From: an uncultured virus (IMG/VR IMGVR_UViG_3300020125_000260)
Lineage: Duplodnaviria > Heunggongvirae > Uroviricota > Caudoviricetes
IMG/VR virus record: IMGVR_UViG_3300020125_000260
Reading direction: 5' to 3' (one strand)
DNA: 64,000 nucleotides
Below the pieces are notes generated by a model. The model made no database searches. It was not told the DNA's origin and saw nothing but the letters and a program-made list of their open reading frames with translations. Below, one piece after another: positions 28,454 through 37,994 of the stretch. A program made the translations under genes and the position numbers. Every line of letters begins with the position of its first letter. The first letter of the stretch is position 1.

Positions 28454-28483
28454 AATGTAACGCTAGCGGAGATTTGTTGTCAA
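28454..28483 (-). promoter_or_regulatory. Sigma70-like promoter for the replication operon
   Basis: TTGACA-N18-TACATT on minus strand. Confidence 0.6.
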
Positions 28484-28516
28484 GAAAAATCGTCTGTGGA
28501 TTTCAATTATTTTTAC

Positions 28517-29176
28517 TTAGCTAGATATTGTGTTCCCGCCCGCTGCTACCACCAGCGATTGACTGTACTGCTCCGCGATGTAGCGGGAATAGGCTGGAGG
28601 GATGGCCTGCCTAGCCTCAGTTGTGGTCATCCAAGGACAACCCATCGCGTCACGGAATGCAGCTATATTGCTTCCGGTAGTGAATCCTATATGTGCCAGT
28701 CCATCAAGATAATCCTGCGAGGTCTTGCCTCTCACCTTAGGCTGACGCTGATGCTTCTTATGGGCCAACGGCAAAATTGGGAATGACGACTCAAAATTCC
28801 TGTGTCTTAAGACTCTCAAACCAAAAGACAAACCACACAACGTAACGGGGTTTAGGAGTGGCGCCTCAGGAACGTTCTCAATAGTCCAAGCCACGCCTGA
28901 AGCTGCCAACCTGCTTCTTGTTGTATTTATCAGTTGTGGATGATCTTTCCTCATAACATTTGCACGTTGCATTGATGACCATGCCTGACACGGAGGACTG
29001 GCCCAGATGAAATCGAACCCCTCCAAGGGATAGGTCATCGCATCCGCCTGTACGAATGTAAATGGATACCTCGGCTGCGGCTTGATATCCACTCCCACGA
29101 TCTCAGCATCCGGCCACGCCTGGTGCAGCCCCATCGCCGCACCGCCACCGCCGCAGAACAGATCCAGCACCCTCAC
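28517..29176 (-). CDS. DNA cytosine-C5 methyltransferase (short phage type)
   Basis: LDLFCGGGG, ASPPCQ, IENV, RHRNFE; GTG start coupled. Confidence 0.88.
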   Translation of the reverse strand: MRVLDLFCGGGGAAMGLHQAWPDAEIVGVDIKPQPRYPFTFVQADAMTYPLEGFDFIWASPPCQAWSSMQRANVMRKDHPQLINTTRSRLAASGVAWTIENVPEAPLLNPVTLCGLSFGLRVLRHRNFESSFPILPLAHKKHQRQPKVRGKTSQDYLDGLAHIGFTTGSNIAAFRDAMGCPWMTTTEARQAIPPAYSRYIAEQYSQSLVVAAGGNTISS

Positions 29177-30864
29177 TTTATATTCACCAATTCCTGCGGA
29201 TGATTCGGCACACGCTTCTTGAACATTCCCGCTCCCACCGTCAGCGGATCGGCCTTCATCTCCGCGCCGGCGTAACAAATCTTAACCGCCCAACATTCCG
29301 ACGGGTAGGAACACGCGGAACGATTCATTGGAAAGTGGACGTTCATCAGCGACCTGCGCTCGCCGGGATCGGTAGCAGCATTGACTTGCGCGACCGCCTC
29401 CACCACCCTCCGCTCCTGCGCCTCGGTCGATTCCACCCAGTCGCGCAGGTCATCTTCTGATCTCCAGACCGTCACCGGCGGCACGAACACCTGGTCCAGC
29501 GGGTGCTCCTTCGTCACCCCCATCGCCTGCGCCGGGGACTTCCAGCCTAGCGTGCGAGGTGCGAGGCCCACCGTCGAGTCCTCGCCCGACATCAGCAGCT
29601 CGGAGGCGTCCAGCTTATCTATCCAGTCATGGATGCCACTCGTGGACAGGTTATTACCTACCTGAGGAAGGTAATCATTATCGACCCAAGTTGGGCATGA
29701 CTTCCAATTTTGCCAGCTCAGTTTGCTGTTCTTATCGTCCTCAACCCGATAATAGTCCCATGACCAACACACATCCCCCACTCGATAGCCCCCCTCCCCC
29801 TTCTTCGGCACGCTGGTCGCCACGTACTGCCGCACCAGATGCGAGTGCTGTGTGTACGCGGTGATGCCCAGCCTCGCGGACAGCTCCCGGTCCTCCGCGC
29901 GATAGCCCTTCAGCAGGAACTCGTAGCGGATGGCGTGGATGCGAGGCGGAGCTGGAAGATTATGAAGAAAATCCCATATCCGTTCCTCTGCTTGAGTCCT
30001 CGGCATAGCGCCATCGCGTATGTGCTCCCACCACTCTCCCAGCCGCCGCTCCACCTCAACACCTTCCGACAACCCCTGCATGTCATGCTCAATGTCCCTC
30101 GCCTTCCGTACGTCCCAGGTGGCGGTGGTCTTGTAGCTCAGCAGGTAGAGTTCGTTCGACTGCCGCTCGCGGAGTAGTGCATCGGGGCGGGACATGAACC
30201 AGAGTTCCCAGCGGTCACGATCAAAGTAATGAGGATTATCCACAGGCTTAGGACCATAGGTGTGTGCAGGCTCCCACTCGCTCAGCTTCCACTCCCCCTC
30301 CCGCTCCACCTCCAGCACTTCGAACTGCTCCAGCAGCGGGCGCAACCGCCGTCTCGCATACGCGCGCACCATCCCCTCCACCAGCGCAGCCTGCTCCGCC
30401 GCGAGGTAGCGGTCGAACTCACCCCGCGCGACCGCTGGATCCCTGGCCAGCCCCGCGACCGCCGCTTCGTCCATCCCCAGCTCCCGCGCCTGCGCCACCA
30501 CCTGCGACTGGAACACGTCCGCCGCCGGCGTGAGCTGCATCGCCGCGGACTCAGTGGCGTCGAGGTCGAGGGCGGCAGAGAATTGCTGGAACTCGGCGAG
30601 TGCGGTAGCTACAGCCTTGTCTTCAATCTCACGCCATACGGCCAGCGGAACCTGATCGACATCACTATATTTGTAGACTGCCTGCTGGCCATCCCATACG
30701 AGAACAGCTTGCCCAGCGTGTTCGGCGATACCCACCGCGAGAGGTAATGGCATTCTCGATGGAACTATGCCCGTCCCCGCTTCGTTGTATTCATACCACC
30801 GCCTGCGCTTGCAGCGGTCGGCGGTCACGCATCGTGACCGGTCAATATAAATTCGTGTAGTCAT
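29173..30864 (-). CDS. PD-(D/E)XK (RecB/Cas4-like) exonuclease
   Basis: N-terminal C (ADRCKRR), SRPDAL..LSYKT, C-terminal C-x5-C-x5-C. Confidence 0.65.
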   Translation of the reverse strand: MTTRIYIDRSRCVTADRCKRRRWYEYNEAGTGIVPSRMPLPLAVGIAEHAGQAVLVWDGQQAVYKYSDVDQVPLAVWREIEDKAVATALAEFQQFSAALDLDATESAAMQLTPAADVFQSQVVAQARELGMDEAAVAGLARDPAVARGEFDRYLAAEQAALVEGMVRAYARRRLRPLLEQFEVLEVEREGEWKLSEWEPAHTYGPKPVDNPHYFDRDRWELWFMSRPDALLRERQSNELYLLSYKTTATWDVRKARDIEHDMQGLSEGVEVERRLGEWWEHIRDGAMPRTQAEERIWDFLHNLPAPPRIHAIRYEFLLKGYRAEDRELSARLGITAYTQHSHLVRQYVATSVPKKGEGGYRVGDVCWSWDYYRVEDDKNSKLSWQNWKSCPTWVDNDYLPQVGNNLSTSGIHDWIDKLDASELLMSGEDSTVGLAPRTLGWKSPAQAMGVTKEHPLDQVFVPPVTVWRSEDDLRDWVESTEAQERRVVEAVAQVNAATDPGERRSLMNVHFPMNRSACSYPSECWAVKICYAGAEMKADPLTVGAGMFKKRVPNHPQELVNIK

Positions 30865-31280
30865 ACTTCCTCCAAATTGAGTGCCAGCTTCAACTTCTCC
30901 GCGAGCACGCTATTGAACGGCTTCCCACCGCCCTTCTTGTCCGCAAGCTGCTTCAACTGTCCGGCGAGTTCCAATTCGCTCGTCTCGGCATAGAACAGCG
31001 TCATTGTCCCAGCGCCCGGACGGGCAATGGCCCGGAACTCCTCCAACTCCCGCATGCCCTTCCATTGGTTACAGCGGAAGCAGCACGGCACCTTGTTGTG
31101 CGCCATCCCAGTACCACCTAAGGCTAGCGGAAACACATGATCCTGCGTGCGGGTGTTGCTCGCATGGGGACGACCTCCGACGGGTTCCACCAGCGGCACT
31201 CCACAATACCAGCAGAGAGAATCGGACTCGCCGGTGCTCAGATAGTGCGGTGTATTTACCAGACTCACTGCTGTCTCCAA
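30861..31280 (-). CDS. HNH endonuclease
   Basis: CWYCG...TQDHVFPLALGG...NKVPCCFRCNQWKG. Confidence 0.88.
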   Translation of the reverse strand: METAVSLVNTPHYLSTGESDSLCWYCGVPLVEPVGGRPHASNTRTQDHVFPLALGGTGMAHNKVPCCFRCNQWKGMRELEEFRAIARPGAGTMTLFYAETSELELAGQLKQLADKKGGGKPFNSVLAEKLKLALNLEEV

Positions 31281-31431
31281 TCAATCAGTCGTTCCGGCGA
31301 CTCCAGCCGCTCCACCCTCCGCAGCAGCCAGCACTTGGCCATCGCCACCATGAGGTCGTCCCGCGTGACTTCCAGCGACGCTCCCGCCTCGGCGACCGCG
31401 AGCTGCTCCGGGATGGTTGCGAGGCGGGCCA

Positions 31432-31668
31432 TTAGGCACGTTCCCAGAACCACCATGCGAATGCTTGCGGTCTTTTCACTGTTACCCGACTGTTGGCAAA
31501 GTTCATGCTCACGCGGATTAAATGCTGGCCTTCCCGCGAGAAGCCAGCCACAACTCCCTTGCCGGAGTATTTCTCCAAATCAAGAACCTGCTGACGAAGG
31601 CCATCCACAGAGATGAATACTTTGTCACCTTTCTTGAAAACTAGCTTTGCATCAATCCCTATGTCCAT
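31432..31668 (-). CDS. SH3-like hypothetical protein
   Basis: FKKGDKV...GVV pattern; purine-rich RBS. Confidence 0.45.
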   Translation of the reverse strand: MDIGIDAKLVFKKGDKVFISVDGLRQQVLDLEKYSGKGVVAGFSREGQHLIRVSMNFANSRVTVKRPQAFAWWFWERA

Positions 31669-32005
31669 TTTCCTCTCCTTGTAGCGTGGGCCGCGCCATC
31701 GTCCACACCCACCACCGCCTGCCCCGGACTGCGACCCCCACCCTCCCGCCGAGGCGCTTCGCCGCCTGCCCCACCTTGGCCGAGAAGCGATACACGGTCA
31801 TCCCGTCAGGCAGCGTGCCGGTGTATTGCCGGTCCGCTGGCAGCTGCCACGTCGCCAGCACGAGGTCGCGCCAGTGTACGACCGCCGCCTGGATGTCGCC
31901 CCGGCGCCGCGCGGTGAGATCGACGCGAGGGTCGGAGAGCGGCACGATTCGCGGTGATAATTCGGCGGGTGGTCGTATCTTTGTCACCTGGCGCATGTTG
32001 AGCAC
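31652..32005 (-). CDS. Hypothetical protein
   Basis: Coupled ORF. Confidence 0.45.
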   Translation of the reverse strand: MLNMRQVTKIRPPAELSPRIVPLSDPRVDLTARRRGDIQAAVVHWRDLVLATWQLPADRQYTGTLPDGMTVYRFSAKVGQAAKRLGGRVGVAVRGRRWWVWTMARPTLQGEENGHRD

Positions 32006-32703
32006 ATTGCCTTTCTATCTTTCATAGTTTCTCGCTTTGTGGGTATGTCCCCCGCCTCGAATCTAGCTCGCAAGTCCTTCATAGCTGCTGGCCAGGTATC
32101 ACGATTCTTAGAGCGAAGCGTATGCCCAACATGCTCCTCAAGGGCCTCGCGTTGCATCCACCTCTCTGGATACTTCAACCAGAATTGATACCATTCCCAA
32201 AGCGTTTGGAAGAAACAGCAGTCACAATCGGTGCGCTCTGGAGGGACGGCATCACGGCAGCGGACATATTCGACAACTTTCTGCACACCCCAACCCCAAC
32301 GCACAAACGGGTAATCCCGAATTATCCCAGCGTGTTTTTCCCAATCCACGCCTGGGCGGTTAAACTCATCAGCGCGCAAGCCCACATAGATGGTGCAGGG
32401 AGTGTTGTTGATTACATAGCCCTCGAATGGTTCGATCTTCAGCATGCGAGTGCACCAGCGCATCCTCCAGTTCGGGAGGGCATGCTGAGCAACCACCAGT
32501 CCTGGGAACGTCTGCTCCGCTGAAATCTTCTTGATGGGTTTGCCGAGCATTCCTTCTAGCCTGGCCCAGTGAGCATCCATCTCAGGTAGCTCAATCCCTG
32601 TGGGTGTACATATATACTCATAGTCCCGTGGCTCTATCTCCGCTAGTTTCAACGCCATAGCGGTAGAGTCCCAGCCACCTGAGAGTGCTACGATGTGTTT
32701 CAT
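31984..32703 (-). CDS. PAPS-reductase-family (PP-loop) protein
   Basis: VALSGGWDS, TGIELP, RWCTRMLKIEP, YVGLRADE, CDCCFF. Confidence 0.8.
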   Translation of the reverse strand: MKHIVALSGGWDSTAMALKLAEIEPRDYEYICTPTGIELPEMDAHWARLEGMLGKPIKKISAEQTFPGLVVAQHALPNWRMRWCTRMLKIEPFEGYVINNTPCTIYVGLRADEFNRPGVDWEKHAGIIRDYPFVRWGWGVQKVVEYVRCRDAVPPERTDCDCCFFQTLWEWYQFWLKYPERWMQREALEEHVGHTLRSKNRDTWPAAMKDLRARFEAGDIPTKRETMKDRKAMCSTCAR

Positions 32704-32926
32704 ATCGCTCACCTTATTTATCATTGCCGCTCGGCAGCACTCGCATACCGGAGGATATCCTGTATCTGCCTGTCCATGGCTTCCAGCACATCAATCAGCT
32801 CCTGGAAGAACTCCAACGCCTCTTGCGTGCAGCCGGTCAGGGCTCCGTATTTGTGTTTCAACATCGTGGTTCTCATAGTTCACCTCTCTACTGGCGGGTG
32901 GATTCTGGGGGGTTTGGTCACTGGCT

Positions 32927-33484
32927 TCATATTTGCACCACGCTTCCATCGGGAAGAATCAGGTTTTCGTTCATCACCCTTCTCTCAATACGTACCGATT
33001 TCCTTACTGCCGACCCGCGCTTACCACTTTTGATTTGCGACTTCTTTAAGCTCAATGGACTCTGTTGCAGGAGCATTTCGCGCACATTGTCCCTCAGTTT
33101 CCTGGGAGTCGATATTCTTTTATTCTGCCTCCTTTTCCGGTATCCACGACGCTCAATAGAAAGGCTAGCTTCTAGCTGATCTACATCCATGTTTCCAACA
33201 ATCGAGAAGTAAGGCGTGCGCTTGCCCATCTCGTCACCATCCATGGCGAATAGGTCTTCAATGTCGATCTCCCCGCGATATAAAAATGACGGATATCGCC
33301 AAAACTGTGTATGAAACAAGCATTCTTTGAATCCAGCCACTACTCGGTACCGTGGATATGGACAGCCTTTCCAGTCACACGTATCGCCTTTAGGAACAGC
33401 ATTGCTATGGAGCGAAACCCCGGCAAGCAAGCCGAGATATCCGCTTCCAGGTGCCTGCCCTAAATCATAATTCTGTTTTGCCAT
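32927..33484 (-). CDS. Hypothetical protein
   Basis: ORF in an AT-richer segment. Confidence 0.45.
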   Translation of the reverse strand: MAKQNYDLGQAPGSGYLGLLAGVSLHSNAVPKGDTCDWKGCPYPRYRVVAGFKECLFHTQFWRYPSFLYRGEIDIEDLFAMDGDEMGKRTPYFSIVGNMDVDQLEASLSIERRGYRKRRQNKRISTPRKLRDNVREMLLQQSPLSLKKSQIKSGKRGSAVRKSVRIERRVMNENLILPDGSVVQI

Positions 33485-34587
33485 TTGCTGTTCAATACCC
33501 TTCGAAGGCCAACGGCCTCAAGTGCTGTCTTGGCTGATGTAGAAAAAGGATGAGCACCAAACATACGGTTGATATCAGCACATACCATTTTCTTATTGAT
33601 AACCAGATCGGTAAGCAATTCTCGGTCGTGCGGCACCTTGTGGACACCATTATTCTTTGCCATTAGTTTCTGTTTGCAGCTTAGCGAATAGCAAGTTTTG
33701 GCTTTGGATGAATTCTTGCGCCAGACAAATTTATGGCACACGACGCACCTAATCCTATGCCAGCGATGCGGTCTTTGCTCCCATGGCCTCTGATCTAGGT
33801 TTCTGATTCCTTGCGTTACGCTGCGATACTTGTCATGACACTCGCGGGAACAGCAGTTTTCTCGCTGCTGGAGAGGCACAACCTTTCCGCACTGACGGCA
33901 CTCCATCCACTGCTTAGCTTTATGACCTTTTTTATAGTCCCGCAATTCCCCTTTACTATTGGGCCAGACGATCTTCCCACAGCCACAACTACACATTTTG
34001 TACAATGGGGAATCGAATAGATGATCCAGAGTTTTATTGATAGCAGCCCACTTGTGGCCACAGGTAGGCGAACAGCAAATGTATTTAGATCGCTTTGGTG
34101 TAAACTCTTGCCCGCACCCCAAACACAGATTAATACGGACTTTTTTGGTCTTGGGAGCTTTGAATATTTCACCATCCACGCCGCTGAAGACGCTGCCCCA
34201 TATGCCTCGCTTTGTAATCTTCAGCTTATCGCCATAAACACGCACCGCCCACCTGAAGACGTTATCAATGTGCAATCTACGCCTCAGTCCAATAGCGTAA
34301 TCTTCAACATCGGTAGCCGGGGGAATAGCAACAAAGATACTTTTCCCTGGCTCCAAATCTGCTAAATGGGGCCAGATGTGAACATATTTTTCTGAACGCT
34401 TCCTTGTTGCATAAGTTAAGTCCTCAACCAGAACCATGTGTTCCAGCTTGCCGCAATACTGTACATGGCAGGAGTTTCCAATCCGCATCCCTTCGGGAAC
34501 AGGCCCGTGGGCTTGTGTCCATAGTTCGACACGCTGTGCGTTTGGCATGAAGCGGCAGATCAAGCGGTAACTCCTCTCACTCAACAT
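33460..34587 (-). CDS. Multi-zinc-ribbon protein with degenerate N-terminal HNH_3-like domain
   Basis: WTQAHGPVPEGMRIGNSCHVQYC; repeated CxxC...CCSxxC and CSCGCG. Confidence 0.6.
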   Translation of the reverse strand: MLSERSYRLICRFMPNAQRVELWTQAHGPVPEGMRIGNSCHVQYCGKLEHMVLVEDLTYATRKRSEKYVHIWPHLADLEPGKSIFVAIPPATDVEDYAIGLRRRLHIDNVFRWAVRVYGDKLKITKRGIWGSVFSGVDGEIFKAPKTKKVRINLCLGCGQEFTPKRSKYICCSPTCGHKWAAINKTLDHLFDSPLYKMCSCGCGKIVWPNSKGELRDYKKGHKAKQWMECRQCGKVVPLQQRENCCSRECHDKYRSVTQGIRNLDQRPWEQRPHRWHRIRCVVCHKFVWRKNSSKAKTCYSLSCKQKLMAKNNGVHKVPHDRELLTDLVINKKMVCADINRMFGAHPFSTSAKTALEAVGLRRVLNSKWQNRIMI

Positions 34588-34615
34588 CCTACCACGGGAA
34601 TATCCCCGAAGTCAA
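34586..34615 (-). promoter_or_regulatory. Sigma70-like promoter containing a 14-bp operator-like site
   Basis: TTGACT-N18-TAGGAT (TG extended); CGGGGATATTCCCG in the spacer. Confidence 0.55.
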
Positions 34616-34835
34616 CACCCCTACAGCAACAAAATCACCTTAGATCGAAGGAAAAATACCTTAGAGGGGTTGACAAACGTCTCACTCTTACCCTAATACT
34701 GTGGACGCAAGGCTCTATTGGTTATGGGAGCACATCCAATCGGGGGCGGTTCTGGACAAACCGCCTCCAGTCCTCTTGTAACCTTGCCCTTGATTTGATC
34801 GGATGTGTTGTCCACAATTAAAAGGAGCCACAAGC

Positions 34836-35903
34836 ATGTCTACTGCATGCCATAGCACCCCCACGCCACTACCCACGCCCGAAGAGTTCGACCGCCTCAC
34901 CGCCAACCAGTTCCAACGCGCCACCGCGCCAGCCTCGCCGATTGACATCGAGGCCGGGCTGGAGGAGACGCAGTGCGCGCCAGAACTCAAGAAACCAGCC
35001 GCTATCGCCCTGGCTGCCCGTGGCCTGATCTCCAAAGCCATCGCCCGCGAACAATGCGGAGCCCTGGCCACCTACGAGTCCTGCGATGGCTCCGCCAGCC
35101 CCATCGGTCAGAAGCACGTTACCGAGATCGTCCACACCTGCAAGCAGCGGTATTGCAAATATGACGCCGCCGCTCGCACGCGACGCTATCTCAAATCCTG
35201 GTACGAGTCTCACCCATATCGCAGAACCCGGAAGACATTCCTGGTCGTGTCGATAAACAAGGTGTTCGACTGCTTGCCTACCAAGGCCGACCTCGACGAG
35301 TTCAATAAGATCATCCTCAAGCATGCGGACTTGGCAGGCGAGGGCCGCATCCCCGGTACCGGAGCCGTCTGGAACACAGGCATTTTCAAAAATAACGATG
35401 GCTATACCCTCCTGGCCAAGTTCGCTTGGTGGGGCGACTTCAACCTGAAAGACAAGCGCAAGTACTTCCCCGGCACCAAGGCATTCCCCGTGGAGGTTCC
35501 CGCCGCTGAGTTTGACAGCACCCTGGAGTTCCTCATCCAGCCAGAGATCCCCGAGGACCCGGAGGAATGCGCACTGTTTGAGGAGCTATTCGAGGGGCAA
35601 CGGGCCATCCACTGCGCTGGTGGGTTCGTACGCGCCAAGAATGACAAGCCCGAGACGGAAGTCGTTACGGATAATACAGTTACCGCCGAAGCTACCACAG
35701 TTGAGACCTCCTCCCTGCCTGATATAACGCCCGAGTTATTTCCTACAGGGGTGCCGGAAGGAAATAACTCCACTCCCAAACCACTTCGCAAATGCCGTAT
35801 TTGCGGTGCATGCATCGTCAGGGTAAGTGAAAAGGCTCCTGTAGACCTCAATCCAGACGAAATTGCCAAGCTGACGTGGTACGATATACAGCCGCCAGGG
35901 TGA
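34836..35903 (+). CDS. Rolling-circle Rep (HUH)-like protein, apparently lacking catalytic residues
   Basis: C..H..CKQRYC zinc-binding region, FLVVSI (motif I-like), FEGQRAIHCAGGF, C-terminal CRICG; AAGGAG RBS. Confidence 0.5.
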   Translation: MSTACHSTPTPLPTPEEFDRLTANQFQRATAPASPIDIEAGLEETQCAPELKKPAAIALAARGLISKAIAREQCGALATYESCDGSASPIGQKHVTEIVHTCKQRYCKYDAAARTRRYLKSWYESHPYRRTRKTFLVVSINKVFDCLPTKADLDEFNKIILKHADLAGEGRIPGTGAVWNTGIFKNNDGYTLLAKFAWWGDFNLKDKRKYFPGTKAFPVEVPAAEFDSTLEFLIQPEIPEDPEECALFEELFEGQRAIHCAGGFVRAKNDKPETEVVTDNTVTAEATTVETSSLPDITPELFPTGVPEGNNSTPKPLRKCRICGACIVRVSEKAPVDLNPDEIAKLTWYDIQPPG

Positions 35904-36003
35904 ATATTCACCCCTCCAGCCCACATCTAGCACCCCCGGAGCACCGCCCACAGGAGAGCTGCGCCCAGCAGGAGCCATGCGGGGCGGATGTGGAGGTGGC
36001 CGG

Positions 36004-36174
36004 TCACCGTTCCACCGAGTAGTTCGGATACTTCTCCATGATGGTCTTAAGCACCGGACGCAGTATCGCGTAGTTGGCGTCATCCGCTGCAAAGCACGCC
36101 ATCGCAAAGGTCTTAACGAAGCTCCCGCCCATATGACTGGCATTGTTCAACCAAGTTCGTTCCTGTTGATTCAT
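36004..36174 (-). CDS. Small conserved-looking hypothetical protein
   Basis: MGGSFVKTFAMACFAADDAN; ATGA-coupled. Confidence 0.55.
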   Translation of the reverse strand: MNQQERTWLNNASHMGGSFVKTFAMACFAADDANYAILRPVLKTIMEKYPNYSVER

Positions 36175-37991
36175 AGTCCCACTCCCAAGTCTGAAGATTT
36201 TATGTAACGTAATTCGTGTTTCGCCCGAGTCGCGGCCACGTACTGAATATTCCGCTCCTGCGCCAGCTCCCAGCCCTGCCGCGACCATGGACAGGGCATC
36301 CACTGACCAGCATCCAAGATGAACACGCGGTCGAATTCCAAACCCTTCGCCTTATGACAGGTCGCCAATGTCACCATCTGGGCCATTCCGCCGTTGCCAT
36401 CGCTAAATAATCCCTCTACCATCCGCACAACCTCTGCGACCGTGGCATTCTCGTCCACCTCGGCACAGAAACACCGCAAGGTCTCACAGCGGTCGTCCAT
36501 AAGGCCAGCCTGCGCGAATTTCTGTTTCCTGCGCAATCGCTCACCCTCCCGCCGCTGATAGTCGTCCAGCCAGTCCAGCAGGTCGCGTACGCTATCGCGC
36601 TTGGACCGCCGTGCCAGATCCACCAGCCCCTTCCCGATATCTCTCCCCAGCACATGACACGCTACCCGCCGCCGGATCAGCGCGAACGCCGCGGCTACCA
36701 CCGGCCGGGTCAGCCGGCAGAGGATGGCGTCGCCGGGGAGGAAGTCCTGGATGCCGCGCCATTTGCTCACGCCTTCCACTACAGGGTCAGCGTAGCCAGG
36801 GCGTCCCGTAGTGGTGGCCCAATCAACTGAATATTTAAGCCCAGTAGCAAGGTCCGTAATCTCAGCATCATGCCTGCCCTTGGACATATCCAGTGGAGCC
36901 CCCAGCGCAACCTCCGCCTGCCCCGCCCAGTCCGACCCCTCCAGCCCCACGAATCCCCACGGCGCGCCGGGGTCAGATTCCGTATAACTCTGGCAGGCGC
37001 AAGTGTCATCGAACTTGCAACCTTGATAGTTATGGTCACTTTTGGCATGGCTACAGCTACACATGGCCGGTCGCGCTTCGATCTGCGGCACCCACTGCCT
37101 GGCGTGTTCGACCACCGCGACGGGGCAGCGGTAGCTCACCGACAGGGGCAGTGGTCGCATCTGGAACCTGCGTTGCAATATGTCCATGCTCTCAGTACCA
37201 GCTCCCCTGAAGCCGTAAATGCTTTGTTTTCTATCACCTACGGCTATTACTCTACCTCCCGGTTTAACCATCCGTGATATCATCTCCATTTGTATACCAC
37301 TTACGTCTTGGGCTTCATCCACCAGCACGACATCGTACTGATCGAACGGCACCCCAGCTATAACTGGTAACATCAACATATCGTCAAAATCGCACGTCTC
37401 CCGCCCCAGCTCAATCGACCTGGCCAGCACCTTCCGCACCAGCGGGATGTTGCACTCCGCTTCATCGAGGCCGTAGTGGTCGATGAGACCTTCCCACACG
37501 GCGGGAGTGTCGTCCACCAGCCCAGTAGTCACAATGTCCCACATGCCATGGGCTTCCCGCGTTATAGGTATCTGCGTAGGCACCAGCCCGATCCCCTTCG
37601 CATACCCCACCAGCTTCCTGGTCGTCTCCCCAAACCGCTTGTTCTCCTCGTAGCTCAACACCTCCCGCATGATGACACTAACCTTGTCATTCTTGACGCG
37701 CGGTTCCCACTCCAGCCCCCCGGCGCGGCGCCACGCGAACCAGCCGGCGGAGTGTAGGGTCATGGCGCGGACGTTCGAGGCGGATATCCTGCGCGCCAGC
37801 TCATCGGCGATTGACTTGTTGAACGCCACGAACACCGCTCGCTGCTCGGGGAACGCGCGCTGCATAATGTTGGCCAGCTCGACCAAGGTATGAGTTTTTC
37901 CACTTCCAGCAACGGACTCGACCAGCAGTGAATCGCCCGTGTGTTCAAACGCTTCGTAAATCGCCTGTTGATATTTACTTGGTACGATCAT
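36171..37991 (-). CDS. UvrD/Rep-like SF1A helicase
   Basis: VAGSGKT, AFNK, TLHS, VDEAQD, VGDRKQSIYGFRGA, SYRCP, TCHKAKGLE, YVAATRA. Confidence 0.93.
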   Translation of the reverse strand: MIVPSKYQQAIYEAFEHTGDSLLVESVAGSGKTHTLVELANIMQRAFPEQRAVFVAFNKSIADELARRISASNVRAMTLHSAGWFAWRRAGGLEWEPRVKNDKVSVIMREVLSYEENKRFGETTRKLVGYAKGIGLVPTQIPITREAHGMWDIVTTGLVDDTPAVWEGLIDHYGLDEAECNIPLVRKVLARSIELGRETCDFDDMLMLPVIAGVPFDQYDVVLVDEAQDVSGIQMEMISRMVKPGGRVIAVGDRKQSIYGFRGAGTESMDILQRRFQMRPLPLSVSYRCPVAVVEHARQWVPQIEARPAMCSCSHAKSDHNYQGCKFDDTCACQSYTESDPGAPWGFVGLEGSDWAGQAEVALGAPLDMSKGRHDAEITDLATGLKYSVDWATTTGRPGYADPVVEGVSKWRGIQDFLPGDAILCRLTRPVVAAAFALIRRRVACHVLGRDIGKGLVDLARRSKRDSVRDLLDWLDDYQRREGERLRRKQKFAQAGLMDDRCETLRCFCAEVDENATVAEVVRMVEGLFSDGNGGMAQMVTLATCHKAKGLEFDRVFILDAGQWMPCPWSRQGWELAQERNIQYVAATRAKHELRYIKSSDLGVGL

Positions 37992-37994
37992 GAA

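Noticed and set aside
30236..30244. Perfect DnaA box TTATCCACA
   Set aside because: Single copy inside a coding region; not enough to call an origin
29173..30864. Cas4 as part of a CRISPR system
   Set aside because: No other cas genes or array; context (Sak4-like ATPase, SSB-like gene) indicates a recombination exonuclease
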